Notes under the pieces: model-generated
Seen by the model: only the letters and a program-made list of their open reading frames with translations
Database searches by the model: none
What the model was told of the DNA's origin: nothing
Source of the DNA: Oligoflexia bacterium
GTDB taxonomy: Bacteria > Bdellovibrionota > UBA1018
DNA: 64,000 nucleotides
Direction: 5' to 3'
Assembly: GCA_023701205.1 (NCBI GenBank)
Contig: JAMPXJ010000017.1
Location: 1 to 64,000, forward strand
Shown: positions 20,042-29,905 of the stretch, piece by piece
Numbering within the stretch: the first letter of the stretch is position 1
Layout of the letters: each line of letters opens with the position of its first letter
Program-made: the position numbers and the translations under genes

Positions 20042-20897
20042 CCTGATTCACTTCCCCTGCCTGAAGCAGCTGGACGCGCACCGAACCGGCGCGAAGACGC
20101 GATCCGCCGGAAGTGGGCTCGAAGTCCATATTCAGGCGAAATGCGCCTTCAAATCGAGTCGGGCAGGAGTAAGCGATTCGGCCGCGAGCCTGAAGCTCAC
20201 CCGGCCGGACTGAACCCTCTTGCGCTGACCAGTACAAACCAGAGACTCGAAAGGCCGAGCCGCTTCCGCCTGCAGGACAGTGAAGCTCCTCTTTGAAGAA
20301 CGGCGTGAGATCCGTGAAACTCTCGCCGTCGGAAAGAAGAACGGCTTGCTCACCCGACGAACGGGGTGACAGCACGATCAACCGGACGGTTCGATACTCT
20401 TCCTCGCTATTCCAGAACTCCTGGTAGCCTTCCCGGAAAAATCGACTGATCCCTGCACCGAGCCTCCTCGCCTGATCGGCCTCGAAGGCGTGATGGGTCG
20501 CCAAAGCTTCCACGAGCAAGCCCAGACCCCTGACCAGATCAAAAGGGCGCGCGCTCCCATGGCTCTCGTCAAAGAGAAGGTCCGTGTTCCACGTGATCAC
20601 GGCGCCAACGCGGGGCTCGGTCTGAAATAGCTCGACTGTTTGGCCGCGAGCCGCGAATCGAAGCCCTCCCCGGAGTCGCTCGTGCGCATGATCCGTGACA
20701 ATCGCCCCGAGAACGCGCCCCTCCGTACGGCTCAACCCGCAGGATTCCGCCGAAGCCTGACAGGGACTGAGGAACGATTCCAGATTCTGCCAGGCGTAAA
20801 CCAGGTTCTGCTCGCTTACCCCCCCTCCATTGCCGACGATTCCCGGCCCAGCCCAAGCAAAAACAGAGAGGAGAAAGCTCAGTCCGATCTGAATCAT
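20007..20897 (-). CDS. Secreted hypothetical protein; a degenerate (HExxH-lost) paralog of the divergently transcribed neighbour
   Basis: Signal peptide LSFLLSVFAWAG. The N-terminal GNGGGVSEQNLVYAWQNLESFLSPCQASAESCGLS aligns with PGSNASQQIILFAWKNLARPIELCLIQPSCGLT of the 20929..22890 protein. Where that protein has ILVHELGHHQGM, this one has VEALATHHAFEA. Confidence 0.55.
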   Translation of the reverse strand: MIQIGLSFLLSVFAWAGPGIVGNGGGVSEQNLVYAWQNLESFLSPCQASAESCGLSRTEGRVLGAIVTDHAHERLRGGLRFAARGQTVELFQTEPRVGAVITWNTDLLFDESHGSARPFDLVRGLGLLVEALATHHAFEADQARRLGAGISRFFREGYQEFWNSEEEYRTVRLIVLSPRSSGEQAVLLSDGESFTDLTPFFKEELHCPAGGSGSAFRVSGLYWSAQEGSVRPGELQARGRIAYSCPTRFEGAFRLNMDFEPTSGGSRLRAGSVRVQLLQAGEVNQVTRLYDETGSN

Positions 20898-20928
20898 GGC
20901 TCCTTATAACTGAATTTGAATTGACGTA

Positions 20929-22890
20929 GTGCGTTATTTTGATTATGGAATCCCGATGCGTTTGCGAACTGCTCCCGGATTTCTAATCACTTTGGTTTAT
21001 TTTGCGATTTGGTCTCTTACCGCCTCGGCCAATGGCTACGTTCCGGGCATCCTTCCGGGTTCGAACGCTTCCCAACAGATCATCCTCTTCGCGTGGAAGA
21101 ATCTCGCACGTCCGATCGAGCTTTGCCTGATTCAACCCTCCTGCGGACTGACTTCGGAAGAAAAATCCCTCCTGCTGCGACTTTACAAGCGCTTTCCCAC
21201 GGAATTCTCGAAGACCCGAATCAGCTTCGAACCCGAGAGCTCAGGGCTTTTCAAGCCCCAGGCCGATTCCGCTCACCGCATCGCCGTCACGGGAAATACT
21301 GAAGGCTCGCCGATCATCTTCAATGCCGATGCGATCGCCTTTTCGCCCGAAAACCCTCCGCCTGTGGACCTTTTCACTGCTACGGCGATTCTGGTTCATG
21401 AGCTTGGCCATCATCAGGGCATGTCCGACACTTTGGACCGCGCGCTGGACCAGCTGGGCGCGAAAGTCCAGGCCCTGCTTCGAAAGCAAACGCAAGTCCT
21501 CAGGCTCGATCCCGTAGGTCAGCCCCAGATTCAGATCTGGGTGAGCCAATTTCTCTCCTCGGCGGCCGAAACCGTCCGGCGCCAACGTCCCGCAAGGATC
21601 CAGGACTCCACCCAGATTCTGCTGACGGATGGAGTGTGGGTCCGGGAGCTGACCTATGGCTTCGAGAATCTCATTCCCTGCGCGCGCGGCGAAACTCCCG
21701 TGGCCTTTTGGATCCATCCGCTGAAATGGGACACGATGCTGGACTGGGATCCGTTCCAATACTCTCAGCCCGTCGCCGCCTCGAGCGAGATGTACTTCCT
21801 TTGCAACGGCCGGGACTCCGGGTCCGACGCGGATTCCGTTGTACTGAGACTTTACCGAGGAACCTATCGCCTGGCGTTCTACGTCCAGCCGGACCTGCCC
21901 AAGGATCGTCCCGACTGGTGGAATGATCCACGGCGCCGCGCAGGCTGGTGGAAATCCTTCCGAGGCATCATTGACCCGGCCTCTCCCAGCAATATGCTTG
22001 CTCATGAGGGCGCCGATCTCGCGCCGATCATCGCCGGGATCGAGCCCGATAACGGGCTACAGCTTCTGGCGGTCAAGGCCAATGCGACGGAACTGCGCAA
22101 CGGCGACACCTGGTCCATTCAGGCGCGGGTTCGAACTCCCAAGCCTCTGGCCGTCGAATCCTGCGAGGCAACGTTCAGCTCGGATCAGTTCCTCGGGCTT
22201 TGGTTCAAAGCGCGCCACGAGGTGAGATTCACCGAGTGCCGCCTGGCCCAGGTCGGCCCGGATCTCTATGACTTAAAGCTCGGATATACCTTCCCCGGTT
22301 CGACCGTTTCCCGGAATTACTTCCTCCAGCGAATCAGCTTCAAGATCAAAGGATCTGTTTTCAAGCTGAGCGGTACGCCAGCGCTCAGACAGATGCTCAG
22401 CCTGAGGAGCGCTCAGGCCCCTGCCGCAGCGCCAACCCTTTCGGGTGCCGGTGTCTACTACACGGGAAACGGGCAAACCCGGCAATTGGAGCCCTCGCGC
22501 GTGGACCGCGGCATCTCCATCTTTACACTCAGGCCCAACGACGCGTTTTACCTGCTTCTGGAATTCACTTCTTCCTCGCCGCTGCTCCCGCAATCCGGCG
22601 TGCTCTCAAAAATGGCATGGTACCCAGGGAATCCCCCCAGAAAAGACAGGGAATACGATCAAGTCCTGATGTTCTATCTCAATGATCAATACAAAGCGGG
22701 GCCTTGGATCCGAAGCGTGACCCGCCTGGAAAAGGATGCAGAACGCCGCTACAGCTTCCTGACCACTCTGCCTTGGGAGAACTCCATCGGACTATTCAGG
22801 GGAATCCGATTCTTCGACGTCTATCTGATCAATGAGGAGCTGCAGGAGACTCACTCGGTTCTCCCCTTCGTCGTCGAGTTCGCTCCATAA
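20929..22890 (+). CDS. Secreted putative zinc metalloprotease (HExxH) of an uncharacterised family
   Basis: N-terminal hydrophobic signal or anchor (GFLITLVYFAIWSLTASA). The zinc motif is TAILVHELGHHQGMSD. A C-terminal region of about 450 aa has no recognisable motifs. GC content is lower than the surroundings. Confidence 0.55.
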   Translation: MRYFDYGIPMRLRTAPGFLITLVYFAIWSLTASANGYVPGILPGSNASQQIILFAWKNLARPIELCLIQPSCGLTSEEKSLLLRLYKRFPTEFSKTRISFEPESSGLFKPQADSAHRIAVTGNTEGSPIIFNADAIAFSPENPPPVDLFTATAILVHELGHHQGMSDTLDRALDQLGAKVQALLRKQTQVLRLDPVGQPQIQIWVSQFLSSAAETVRRQRPARIQDSTQILLTDGVWVRELTYGFENLIPCARGETPVAFWIHPLKWDTMLDWDPFQYSQPVAASSEMYFLCNGRDSGSDADSVVLRLYRGTYRLAFYVQPDLPKDRPDWWNDPRRRAGWWKSFRGIIDPASPSNMLAHEGADLAPIIAGIEPDNGLQLLAVKANATELRNGDTWSIQARVRTPKPLAVESCEATFSSDQFLGLWFKARHEVRFTECRLAQVGPDLYDLKLGYTFPGSTVSRNYFLQRISFKIKGSVFKLSGTPALRQMLSLRSAQAPAAAPTLSGAGVYYTGNGQTRQLEPSRVDRGISIFTLRPNDAFYLLLEFTSSSPLLPQSGVLSKMAWYPGNPPRKDREYDQVLMFYLNDQYKAGPWIRSVTRLEKDAERRYSFLTTLPWENSIGLFRGIRFFDVYLINEELQETHSVLPFVVEFAP

Positions 22891-22918
22891 CCGATCTCGC
22901 GTCAGCAGTGCGCTTCGG

Positions 22919-24916
22919 TCAACGCCCGCCCAGCCTCCGCCTGACTTCCTCACGGAGCTGCGCCACGTCGTCAAAGGGTAAGCTGCAGCTCTGCTCATGA
23001 CAGACCCGCAGGCGATTCGCGCCGGCGCCGGCCTCTGGCGCGCGCTGGAAGACCCGCGCATGCACGCAGGCCGCTGAAGCGCCCGGGCCTTCGACTACCA
23101 GGGGCCCTTGCACATCGAGCAGCGCCGCCGAGAGCAGCTCTCCGCAGGCCTGCGGCGCCTGCAACGCGAGCGGAAAAAGCGCATCGAGCTGCGCGCGCAG
23201 TTCCTCGCGGTAGCGCCCGCCCTGACCCTTGGGATCGAGCTCGCCCAGCGCGCACAGGCACTCCAGCGCCACCGCCATTCCCGAAGGGATCGCCTGATCA
23301 TGGATCGACTTCGAGCGGTGAATGAGCGCCTCATGATCATCGCTGGTGAAGAAATACCCGGGCCCATCAGGATCCTTGAATCGGCTCAGCAGCACCTCGA
23401 GCCAGCCCGCGGCGCTCTCGACCCCGCGCGCGATCTCCGCGGCGTCATCTGTGACGCGCGCGAAGTCCAGCGCACCCATCGCGCAAAAGGCATAATCGTC
23501 GAGGTACGCGTTGAGCTTGGGCTGCCCTTCCTGGAGGGACGCCCACAAGCGATTTCCCTCGCGTGAAAAGCGCGTCTGAAGAAGCCCCAGCGTCTCGCGC
23601 GCCGCCACGAGCGCCCGACGCGCGTCCTCGTCCCGCCCGGCCTCCCGCAAAGCCAGGGCCGCCCAGCTCAAACCGCTGAGCATGAGCCCGTTCCAGCCCG
23701 CCAGGAGTTTGCGGTCCGTTTCGGGCGCCGGGCGCGCGCTCCGCGTCTGCAGCAGCTTCGCCCGTGCGGACTCGAGCTTCGGGTCACCCGGCCGGGGACC
23801 GCGCTCCGTCAGGTGGAGCACCGTCGCGCCCCGCTCGAAGTTTCCCGTTTCCGTCACGCCATAGGCACGCGAGAACGCCTCGTATTCCTCGGGCTCCAGC
23901 CGTTCGCGCAACTCCAGTGGCGTCCAGACGAAGAAGCTTCCTTCGCCCTCCGCGGTATCCGCGTCCTGGGCGCTGTAGAAGCCGCCCTCGGGGTCGCGTA
24001 CCTCCCGAAGCGCGTAATCCACCGTCTCCCCAACGACGCGCATGAAGAGCTCCCGGCGCTCCGACGCCAGCGACTCGCCCCTCGACACGAGCACCTCGGC
24101 GTAGAGCTTCAGCAAAAGCGCGTTGTCATAGAGCATCTTCTCGAAATGGGGAACCGACCAGGTCTCATCGACCGAATACCGGTGAAAGCCGCCCCCGAGC
24201 TGATCGTAAATCCCGCCGCAGGCCATGCGTTCGAGCAGGAGCTCGACCGCATCGCGCTTACCCGACCGCCAGAGAAACGTGAAAATCGGCGCGTTCGGAA
24301 ACTTCGGCGCCCAGCCGAGCCCCCCGAAGCTCCAGTCGACATGAGCCAGAATCCCTTCGGCGGCGCGGGCGAGCGCTTCGCGCCCAGGTCGCTCGCGGCC
24401 GGGCGAGGCGACCCCTTCGACCGCCTGGATGAACTCCGTCAGGCGCCGCGCATTTTCGGTCACGCCCTCCGTGTCACCCTGATACGCCGTGGAGAGCGCT
24501 TCGAGCACGCGCCGGAAGCCCGCTCGCCCGTAACGATCGTCGGGAGGAAAATAGGTGCCTCCGAAAAACGGCTTGAGCTCCGGCGTTAGGAATACCGTCA
24601 GGGGCCAGCCTCCGCTTCGGGTCAACGCCTGCGCGACGTTCTGGTAAATGCGGTCGAGATCCGGCCGCTCCTCGCGATCCACCTTGATGCACACGAAATG
24701 CTCGTTCATCATCGCAGCCACGACCGGGTTTTCGAAGCTTTCGCGCTCCATCACGTGGCACCAGTGGCAGGCGGAATAGCCGATGCTGAGCAGGATGGGC
24801 TTGTTCTCAGCCTTGGCGCGGGCGAGCGCCTCCTCGCCCCAGGGATACCAATCCACGGGATTGTCCTTGTGCTGCAGCAGGTAGGGACTGGTCTCGCGGG
24901 CGAGGCGGTTCGGCAT
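22919..24916 (-). CDS. Thioredoxin-domain protein of the DUF255/YyaL type with a six-hairpin glycosidase-like C-terminal domain
   Basis: The N-terminus [52 protein letters not shown] is the conserved DUF255 thioredoxin-like start. It is 665 aa and starts 4 bp after the uvrB stop. Confidence 0.8.
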   Translation of the reverse strand: MPNRLARETSPYLLQHKDNPVDWYPWGEEALARAKAENKPILLSIGYSACHWCHVMERESFENPVVAAMMNEHFVCIKVDREERPDLDRIYQNVAQALTRSGGWPLTVFLTPELKPFFGGTYFPPDDRYGRAGFRRVLEALSTAYQGDTEGVTENARRLTEFIQAVEGVASPGRERPGREALARAAEGILAHVDWSFGGLGWAPKFPNAPIFTFLWRSGKRDAVELLLERMACGGIYDQLGGGFHRYSVDETWSVPHFEKMLYDNALLLKLYAEVLVSRGESLASERRELFMRVVGETVDYALREVRDPEGGFYSAQDADTAEGEGSFFVWTPLELRERLEPEEYEAFSRAYGVTETGNFERGATVLHLTERGPRPGDPKLESARAKLLQTRSARPAPETDRKLLAGWNGLMLSGLSWAALALREAGRDEDARRALVAARETLGLLQTRFSREGNRLWASLQEGQPKLNAYLDDYAFCAMGALDFARVTDDAAEIARGVESAAGWLEVLLSRFKDPDGPGYFFTSDDHEALIHRSKSIHDQAIPSGMAVALECLCALGELDPKGQGGRYREELRAQLDALFPLALQAPQACGELLSAALLDVQGPLVVEGPGASAACVHARVFQRAPEAGAGANRLRVCHEQSCSLPFDDVAQLREEVRRRLGGR

Positions 24917-24919
24917 GGC

Positions 24920-27061
24920 TTAGATCCCCAGCGAAAATACCTTCAGGCGCTTGATCCGGTCGCGAAGCTCCGCGGCGCGCTCGAACTGCATCTCCTTCGC
25001 CGCCGCGCGCATCTCCTCCTCCATTTTGCGAACCGTCGAGGAAAGCTTCTCGACCGAGGTGAAAAACTCGCCCGCGAGCGAGCGGATCTCCGCATCGCGA
25101 TCGGCCGGATCGACGAAGTCGAGCGTCGCCATCGCATCGGCCGGGGATTCGGCCGCGCTCCAAAGGCTCTTGCCATGCCCGGAGCCCGAGCCTGTTCGCA
25201 GCGCCCGCTTCGCCAGGAGCGCGCGATCGCTCGAATCCTCTTCTTCGAGCGTGGGCGCGATCGGCGCCGGAATCGCCTTCTGGATTGTCCGGGGCACGAT
25301 GCCGTGCTCGCGGTTATATTCCTCCTGAAGCGCCCGGCGGCGCGCGGTCTCGTCGAGCGCGCGCTTCATGCTCTCGGTCATCGTGTCCGCGTAAAGCAGC
25401 ACGAAGCCGTCGGCGTTTCGCGCCGCCCTTCCGATCGTCTGGATGAGCGAGCGGAAGCTTCGGAGAAAACCTTCCTTATCAGCGTCGAGAATGGCCACGA
25501 GCGAGACTTCAGGCAGATCCAAGCCCTCCCTGAGCAGGTTGATCCCGATCAGCACATCGAAAGCACCCAGCCTGAGATCGCGCAGGATCTCGATGCGCTC
25601 GAGCGTCTCGATATCCGAATGCAAGTATTTCACCCGCACGCCCTGCTTCTGGTAATAGGTCGTGAGCTCCTCGGCCAGCTTCTTGGTGAGCGTCGTGACG
25701 AGCACCCGGTCGCCGCGCTCCACGCGCTTGCGGATCTCCGAGAGCAGGTCATCGACCTGGGTCGCGGCCGGCCGGACCTCGACCACGGGATCGAGCAGTC
25801 CCGTCGGCCGGATCACCTGCTCGACCACCTCGCCGGCCGTGCGGTTGAGCTCGTAGTCGCCGGGCGTAGCCGAGACGTAAAGCGTCGTGTTGAGCATCCG
25901 CTCCCACTCCTCGAAGTTGAGCGGACGGTTGTCCAGCGCGGAAGGAAGTCGGAAGCCGTGCTCGACGAGCGTCGATTTGCGTGCGCGATCGCCCCGGTAC
26001 ATTCCGCCGATCTGCGGCACGGTCACATGGCTCTCGTCCACGATCAGCAGCCATTTCTCCGGAAAATACTCCAGCAGCGTCGGCGGCGGCTCGCCCGCGC
26101 CGCGGCCCGTGAGATGACGCGAATAGTTCTCGATGCCCTGGCAGAAGCCCAGCTCCTCCATCATCTCCAGGTCGAAGAGCGTCCGCTGCTCCAGGCGCTG
26201 CGCCTCGACCAGCTTGTTCAGGCCCCGCAGTTCCTGCAGGCGCACCTGCAGCTCCGCGCGCACGGACTCGATAGCCCGCTTACGGTTCTCGAGCGTCGTC
26301 ACGTAATGGCTTCCCGGGTAGATCGTCACGCGCGGGATCTTCTGCAGCCGGATGCCGCGCAGCGGATCCACCTCGCTCAACGCCTCGATCTCGTCGCCGA
26401 AGAACTCCACCCGGATCGCCCGCTCCTCCTCGTATGCCGGGAAGATCTCCACCACGTCCCCGCGGACGCGGAAGGTTCCGCGATGGAAATCCACGTCGTT
26501 GCGTTTGTACTGGATCTCCACGAGCTTCTTGAGCATATCCTGGCGCTTGAGCTCGCGCCCGACCTCGAGGTACAGCAGCATCCCCTCGTAAGCCTCCGGC
26601 GAACCCAGGCCGTAGATGCAAGAGATCGACGAGACGATGATCACGTCGTTGCGCTCGAGCAGCGAACGCGTCGCCGAGTGGCGGAGCTTGTCGATCTCGT
26701 CGTTGATCTGCGAGTCTTTCTCGATATAGGTGTCGGTCGAAGGAATGTAGGCTTCAGGCTGGAAGTAATCGTAGTAGCTGACGAAGTACTCCACCGCATT
26801 GCGCGGAAAAAACTCGCGAAACTCCGAGAAAAGCTGCGCGGCGAGCGTCTTGTTATGGCTCAGGATCAGGGTCGGCAGGTTCACCTGCGCGATGAGATTG
26901 GCCATCGTGAAGGTCTTGCCCGAGCCCGTCACCCCGAGCAGGACCTGCGAGGACCTGTTCTCGCCGAAACCGGCCACCAGCGCCCGGATGGCTTGCGGCT
27001 GATCTCCCGTGGGCTGGAACGGGGTCACCAGCTCGAACTTGCGATCAGAGAAGATGGCCAT
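24920..27061 (-). CDS. uvrB: Excinuclease ABC subunit B
   Basis: Walker [11 protein letters not shown], a DESH box (IVDESHVT) and helicase motifs. It aligns with UvrB from [17 protein letters not shown]... through the C-terminal UVR domain ([15 protein letters not shown]). Confidence 0.95.
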   Translation of the reverse strand: MAIFSDRKFELVTPFQPTGDQPQAIRALVAGFGENRSSQVLLGVTGSGKTFTMANLIAQVNLPTLILSHNKTLAAQLFSEFREFFPRNAVEYFVSYYDYFQPEAYIPSTDTYIEKDSQINDEIDKLRHSATRSLLERNDVIIVSSISCIYGLGSPEAYEGMLLYLEVGRELKRQDMLKKLVEIQYKRNDVDFHRGTFRVRGDVVEIFPAYEEERAIRVEFFGDEIEALSEVDPLRGIRLQKIPRVTIYPGSHYVTTLENRKRAIESVRAELQVRLQELRGLNKLVEAQRLEQRTLFDLEMMEELGFCQGIENYSRHLTGRGAGEPPPTLLEYFPEKWLLIVDESHVTVPQIGGMYRGDRARKSTLVEHGFRLPSALDNRPLNFEEWERMLNTTLYVSATPGDYELNRTAGEVVEQVIRPTGLLDPVVEVRPAATQVDDLLSEIRKRVERGDRVLVTTLTKKLAEELTTYYQKQGVRVKYLHSDIETLERIEILRDLRLGAFDVLIGINLLREGLDLPEVSLVAILDADKEGFLRSFRSLIQTIGRAARNADGFVLLYADTMTESMKRALDETARRRALQEEYNREHGIVPRTIQKAIPAPIAPTLEEEDSSDRALLAKRALRTGSGSGHGKSLWSAAESPADAMATLDFVDPADRDAEIRSLAGEFFTSVEKLSSTVRKMEEEMRAAAKEMQFERAAELRDRIKRLKVFSLGI

Positions 27062-27148
27062 AGCCTCTCAAGTTACCGAAAATGCGAAAAAGTCTCATGC
27101 CGCGGAGCAGTATTCCAGGCGACCAGCCCTCGACCCGAAAAGTTATGG

Positions 27149-27739
27149 ATGATTCGAGCCTTATTCCTGCTCCTCCTCATCTCGGTCGGCGGCGACGACA
27201 TCCATCCCTCCCTCCTTTTATGGGGACGCGGACCCGGAAGGCCTGGCGAAACAAACGAACCTCTCCCGCGACCTCGAAGAGCTCAACTGGTGCGCTCGTA
27301 CCTCGACAAGGGCCGGGGCATCTTCTCCGGAATCTGCCGCGGCCAACAGATGGGCGGCGTCGCCGCCTCCTGCGCACTCGTGCCGTGGCGCTCCCGGCGG
27401 AAACCAATCCGCGAGTCAAGGTGACCGCGATCGCGGAGGGCCAGGAGGCGGTCAGCGAGATGCTCGAATATTACGGGAGCAAAGGGGATCAGCGTCCAGT
27501 TCCACCCCGAGCTGATGCCCTCCTCCGCCTTTCATGCGGGCTTTTACGATGTTCTTTATTCTGAAGCGGACCGCGCCCACGCGAGGCGCACTCACCGGCC
27601 GTTTCGCCGGATCGATCTCGAAAGTGCCCGAATCGGCATCGCACCCGGCCGGATCCAGGTCGGCGGCCGGAACATCGGGGACTCACCGTTCTACCGCAAT
27701 CCGCGCCTTCTCCGGAATATGTTGGCCTACCTGCGCTAG
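27149..27739 (+). pseudogene. Decayed class-I glutamine amidotransferase (gamma-glutamyl-GABA hydrolase / PuuD-like) remnant
   Basis: The frame starting at 27149 reads LLLISVGGDDIHPSL...RGIFSGICRGQQMGGVAAS (the GGGDxDP and GICRGxQ nucleophile motifs), then hits TGA at 27422. A neighbouring frame (about 27407-27485) reads VKVTAIAEGQEAVSEMLEYYGSKG. The original frame resumes with ISVQFHPELM (the His/Glu triad motif vQFHPE) and runs to TAG at 27737. There are two compensating frameshifts. The N-terminal ~60 aa and the VNSxHHQ region are missing. Confidence 0.45.
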
Positions 27740-27748
27740 CACCCGTCC

Positions 27749-28338
27749 GTGCTCACGGGTTTCGCGGAGGGCCGCGTCATCGAGAGCCACCAAAATCCCG
27801 AGCAGCAGGAGGCCCTTGCCAGGGCCGTGGGCAAGTTCGATGCGTGGTACGAAAAGACGCTCCGGGACAAAGGAGACTTGAGCGACGGCCTGCGCCAGTT
27901 CCTGCTCGCGCTCAAGAATGAGGAAGCCCCTGGTAGCGCCTTCTTCGACTCTTCCCGCGCCATCAGTCTCGAGCACCTGAAATACCTGACGGAGCTTCCC
28001 GTCCCCGTCAAACCGGATCGCGAAGGGCAGGCTGCAGTGGAATTCCGCAATTTCCGTCCGCCGCGCACTCCCGCCCACGCGAAAGCCCATACGGAGCTCC
28101 TGCTCTCGTTGATGGAGCGCCTCGCGGAGCCGGGCCATCTGGAAAGATTCGAGATCGTCTCGCCGGCGGCGAACCTGGCTTCGGATTGGGAGCTCGTCAA
28201 GCGCGAACTGCCACGCTATAACCCGCTCTGGGATGAAAGACCTGGCCGAATACGGAATGGCTCAGCGGAGCCGCGCGGTGACCTGCGGGCGTCGCTGCTC
28301 AACGCTCTAGCCTGCCCGGCGCCGTCATGCGGCGCGAT
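27749..28338 (+). CDS. Hypothetical protein (GTG start; 3' end unresolved)
   Basis: A codon-biased frame starts at GTG 27749: VLTGFAEGRVIESHQNPEQQEALARAVGKFDAWYEK... The track ORF has no stop until 28750, well inside the convergent cysS gene, so the real end is uncertain. An alternative frame ends at a TAG near 28311. No recognisable domain. Confidence 0.3.
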
Positions 28339-29865
28339 TCACTTGAACTGCCAGGTCGTGCCCGCCGGCCCGTCCTTGATCAGCACGCCGCGCGCCTCGA
28401 GTTCCTTGCGGATCTCGTCCGCCCGGGCGAAATCCTTCGCCTTGCGCGCGTCGGCCCGGGCCTGGATTCCGGCGAGAATCTCGGCTTCGGAGATCCGCGT
28501 TCCACCCGTCGCCGCAGCCAGCTTCTCCGCGCGCACCCGCTCGATATCCGCGAGCGCCTTCGATGGCTCGAGGCGTCCCACGCCCATGACGCTGCCCAGC
28601 TCCTCCTCGATGACGGAGATGAGCTGCTGTGCCCCGAGCGCCGCGGCCGGCGTCGCAGCCGCGAGCGGCTCCTGCAGCACGCGGTTGAACTCCCGGATCA
28701 GCGAGAATACCGCCCCGAGCGCGCCCGCCGTGTTGAAATCGTTCGCGTAGCACTCGTCGATCTCCTGACGGGTCTTCTCGCACGAGGCGAGGAACGAACC
28801 CCACGCCCCTTCCGCACGCAGGTCCGCGCGCGCGCGGCCCGTCTTGGCGAGCTCCCAGGCCCGGGCCTTCGCCTCATAGAGCCGGTGAAGCGAGACCAGC
28901 GCCTGCTCGAGCGCCTCGTCGCCGAACTCGATCGGCGAGCGATAATGGATCGAGAGAAAAAGGAACCTCGCCAGCTCGCCGGAGTACTTCGTCAGGAACT
29001 CCCGCGCGGTGATGATGTTGCCCAGGCTCTTGGACATCTTCTCCTTGGCCATGTTGATGAAGGCGTGATGCAGCCAGTAGCGCACGAACGGCGCCTTGCC
29101 CGAGGCGGCCTCGCTCTGGGCGATCTCGTTTTCATGGTGCGGAAAGACGAGGTCCTCGCCCCCGTGATGCACGTCGATCTGGTCGCCCAGCCACTTCGAG
29201 GACATCGCCGAGCATTCGATGTGCCAGCCCGGACGTCCTTTGCCCCAGGGACTGTCCCAAGAGGGCTCGCCGGGCTTCGCCGGCTTCCAAAGCGAGAAGT
29301 CCAGCGGGTTACGCTTCTTCTCGCGGACGTCCACGCGCATTCCGGCGACGAGGTCCTCGATCGGCTTGTGCGAGAGCTTGCCGTAACCGGGAAAACTCTC
29401 GATCGAGAAGAAGACCTCGCCATCGACCGCGTAGCCCTTGCCGTTGGAAAGGATCCGCTCGATCAGCGCGATGATCTCGGGGATATGATCCGTGACCGTG
29501 GTCTTGTAGGTCGGCTCGAGCATCCCGGAAACCGCGTAGTCCTTTTCGACCTCCTGGATGTACTTGCGCGCCACTTCCTCGGAAGGGATCTTCTCCTCAT
29601 TCGCGCGCTTGATGATCTTGTCGTCGACATCCGTGTAGTTGCGGACGTAGGTCACGTCATAGCCCACTCGTTTGAAGTAGCGGAAAACCATGTCCGAGAC
29701 GAGCGCGGCGCGCAGGTTGCCGATATGGATCAGCCCGTAAACCGTCGGACCGCACGAATACATCGTGAGCCGGCCGGGCTCGCGGGTTTCCAGCAGCTCC
29801 TTTTTCCCGCTCAGGGTATTGGTGAGACGGATCGGGCGAATGGACGTGGGTTTCCCTTGGGTCAT
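28339..29865 (-). CDS. cysS: Cysteine--tRNA ligase
   Basis: HIGN motif (MYSCGPTVYGLIHIGNLRA), KMSKS (KMSKSLGN), zinc-binding Cys/His residues and the C-terminal anticodon-binding helical domain. 508 aa. Confidence 0.95.
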   Translation of the reverse strand: MTQGKPTSIRPIRLTNTLSGKKELLETREPGRLTMYSCGPTVYGLIHIGNLRAALVSDMVFRYFKRVGYDVTYVRNYTDVDDKIIKRANEEKIPSEEVARKYIQEVEKDYAVSGMLEPTYKTTVTDHIPEIIALIERILSNGKGYAVDGEVFFSIESFPGYGKLSHKPIEDLVAGMRVDVREKKRNPLDFSLWKPAKPGEPSWDSPWGKGRPGWHIECSAMSSKWLGDQIDVHHGGEDLVFPHHENEIAQSEAASGKAPFVRYWLHHAFINMAKEKMSKSLGNIITAREFLTKYSGELARFLFLSIHYRSPIEFGDEALEQALVSLHRLYEAKARAWELAKTGRARADLRAEGAWGSFLASCEKTRQEIDECYANDFNTAGALGAVFSLIREFNRVLQEPLAAATPAAALGAQQLISVIEEELGSVMGVGRLEPSKALADIERVRAEKLAAATGGTRISEAEILAGIQARADARKAKDFARADEIRKELEARGVLIKDGPAGTTWQFK

Positions 29866-29905
29866 ACCCAGGTCATAGCACAGTCACGTGAAGCGGGCGA
29901 CGGCC

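Noticed and set aside
24698-27424. A 908-aa ORF on the plus strand
   Set aside because: It is entirely antisense to uvrB, whose protein aligns motif by motif with UvrB. Long stop-free antisense frames are expected at about 65-70% GC. Only its last ~90 codons (27149..27424) are real, as part of the GATase remnant.
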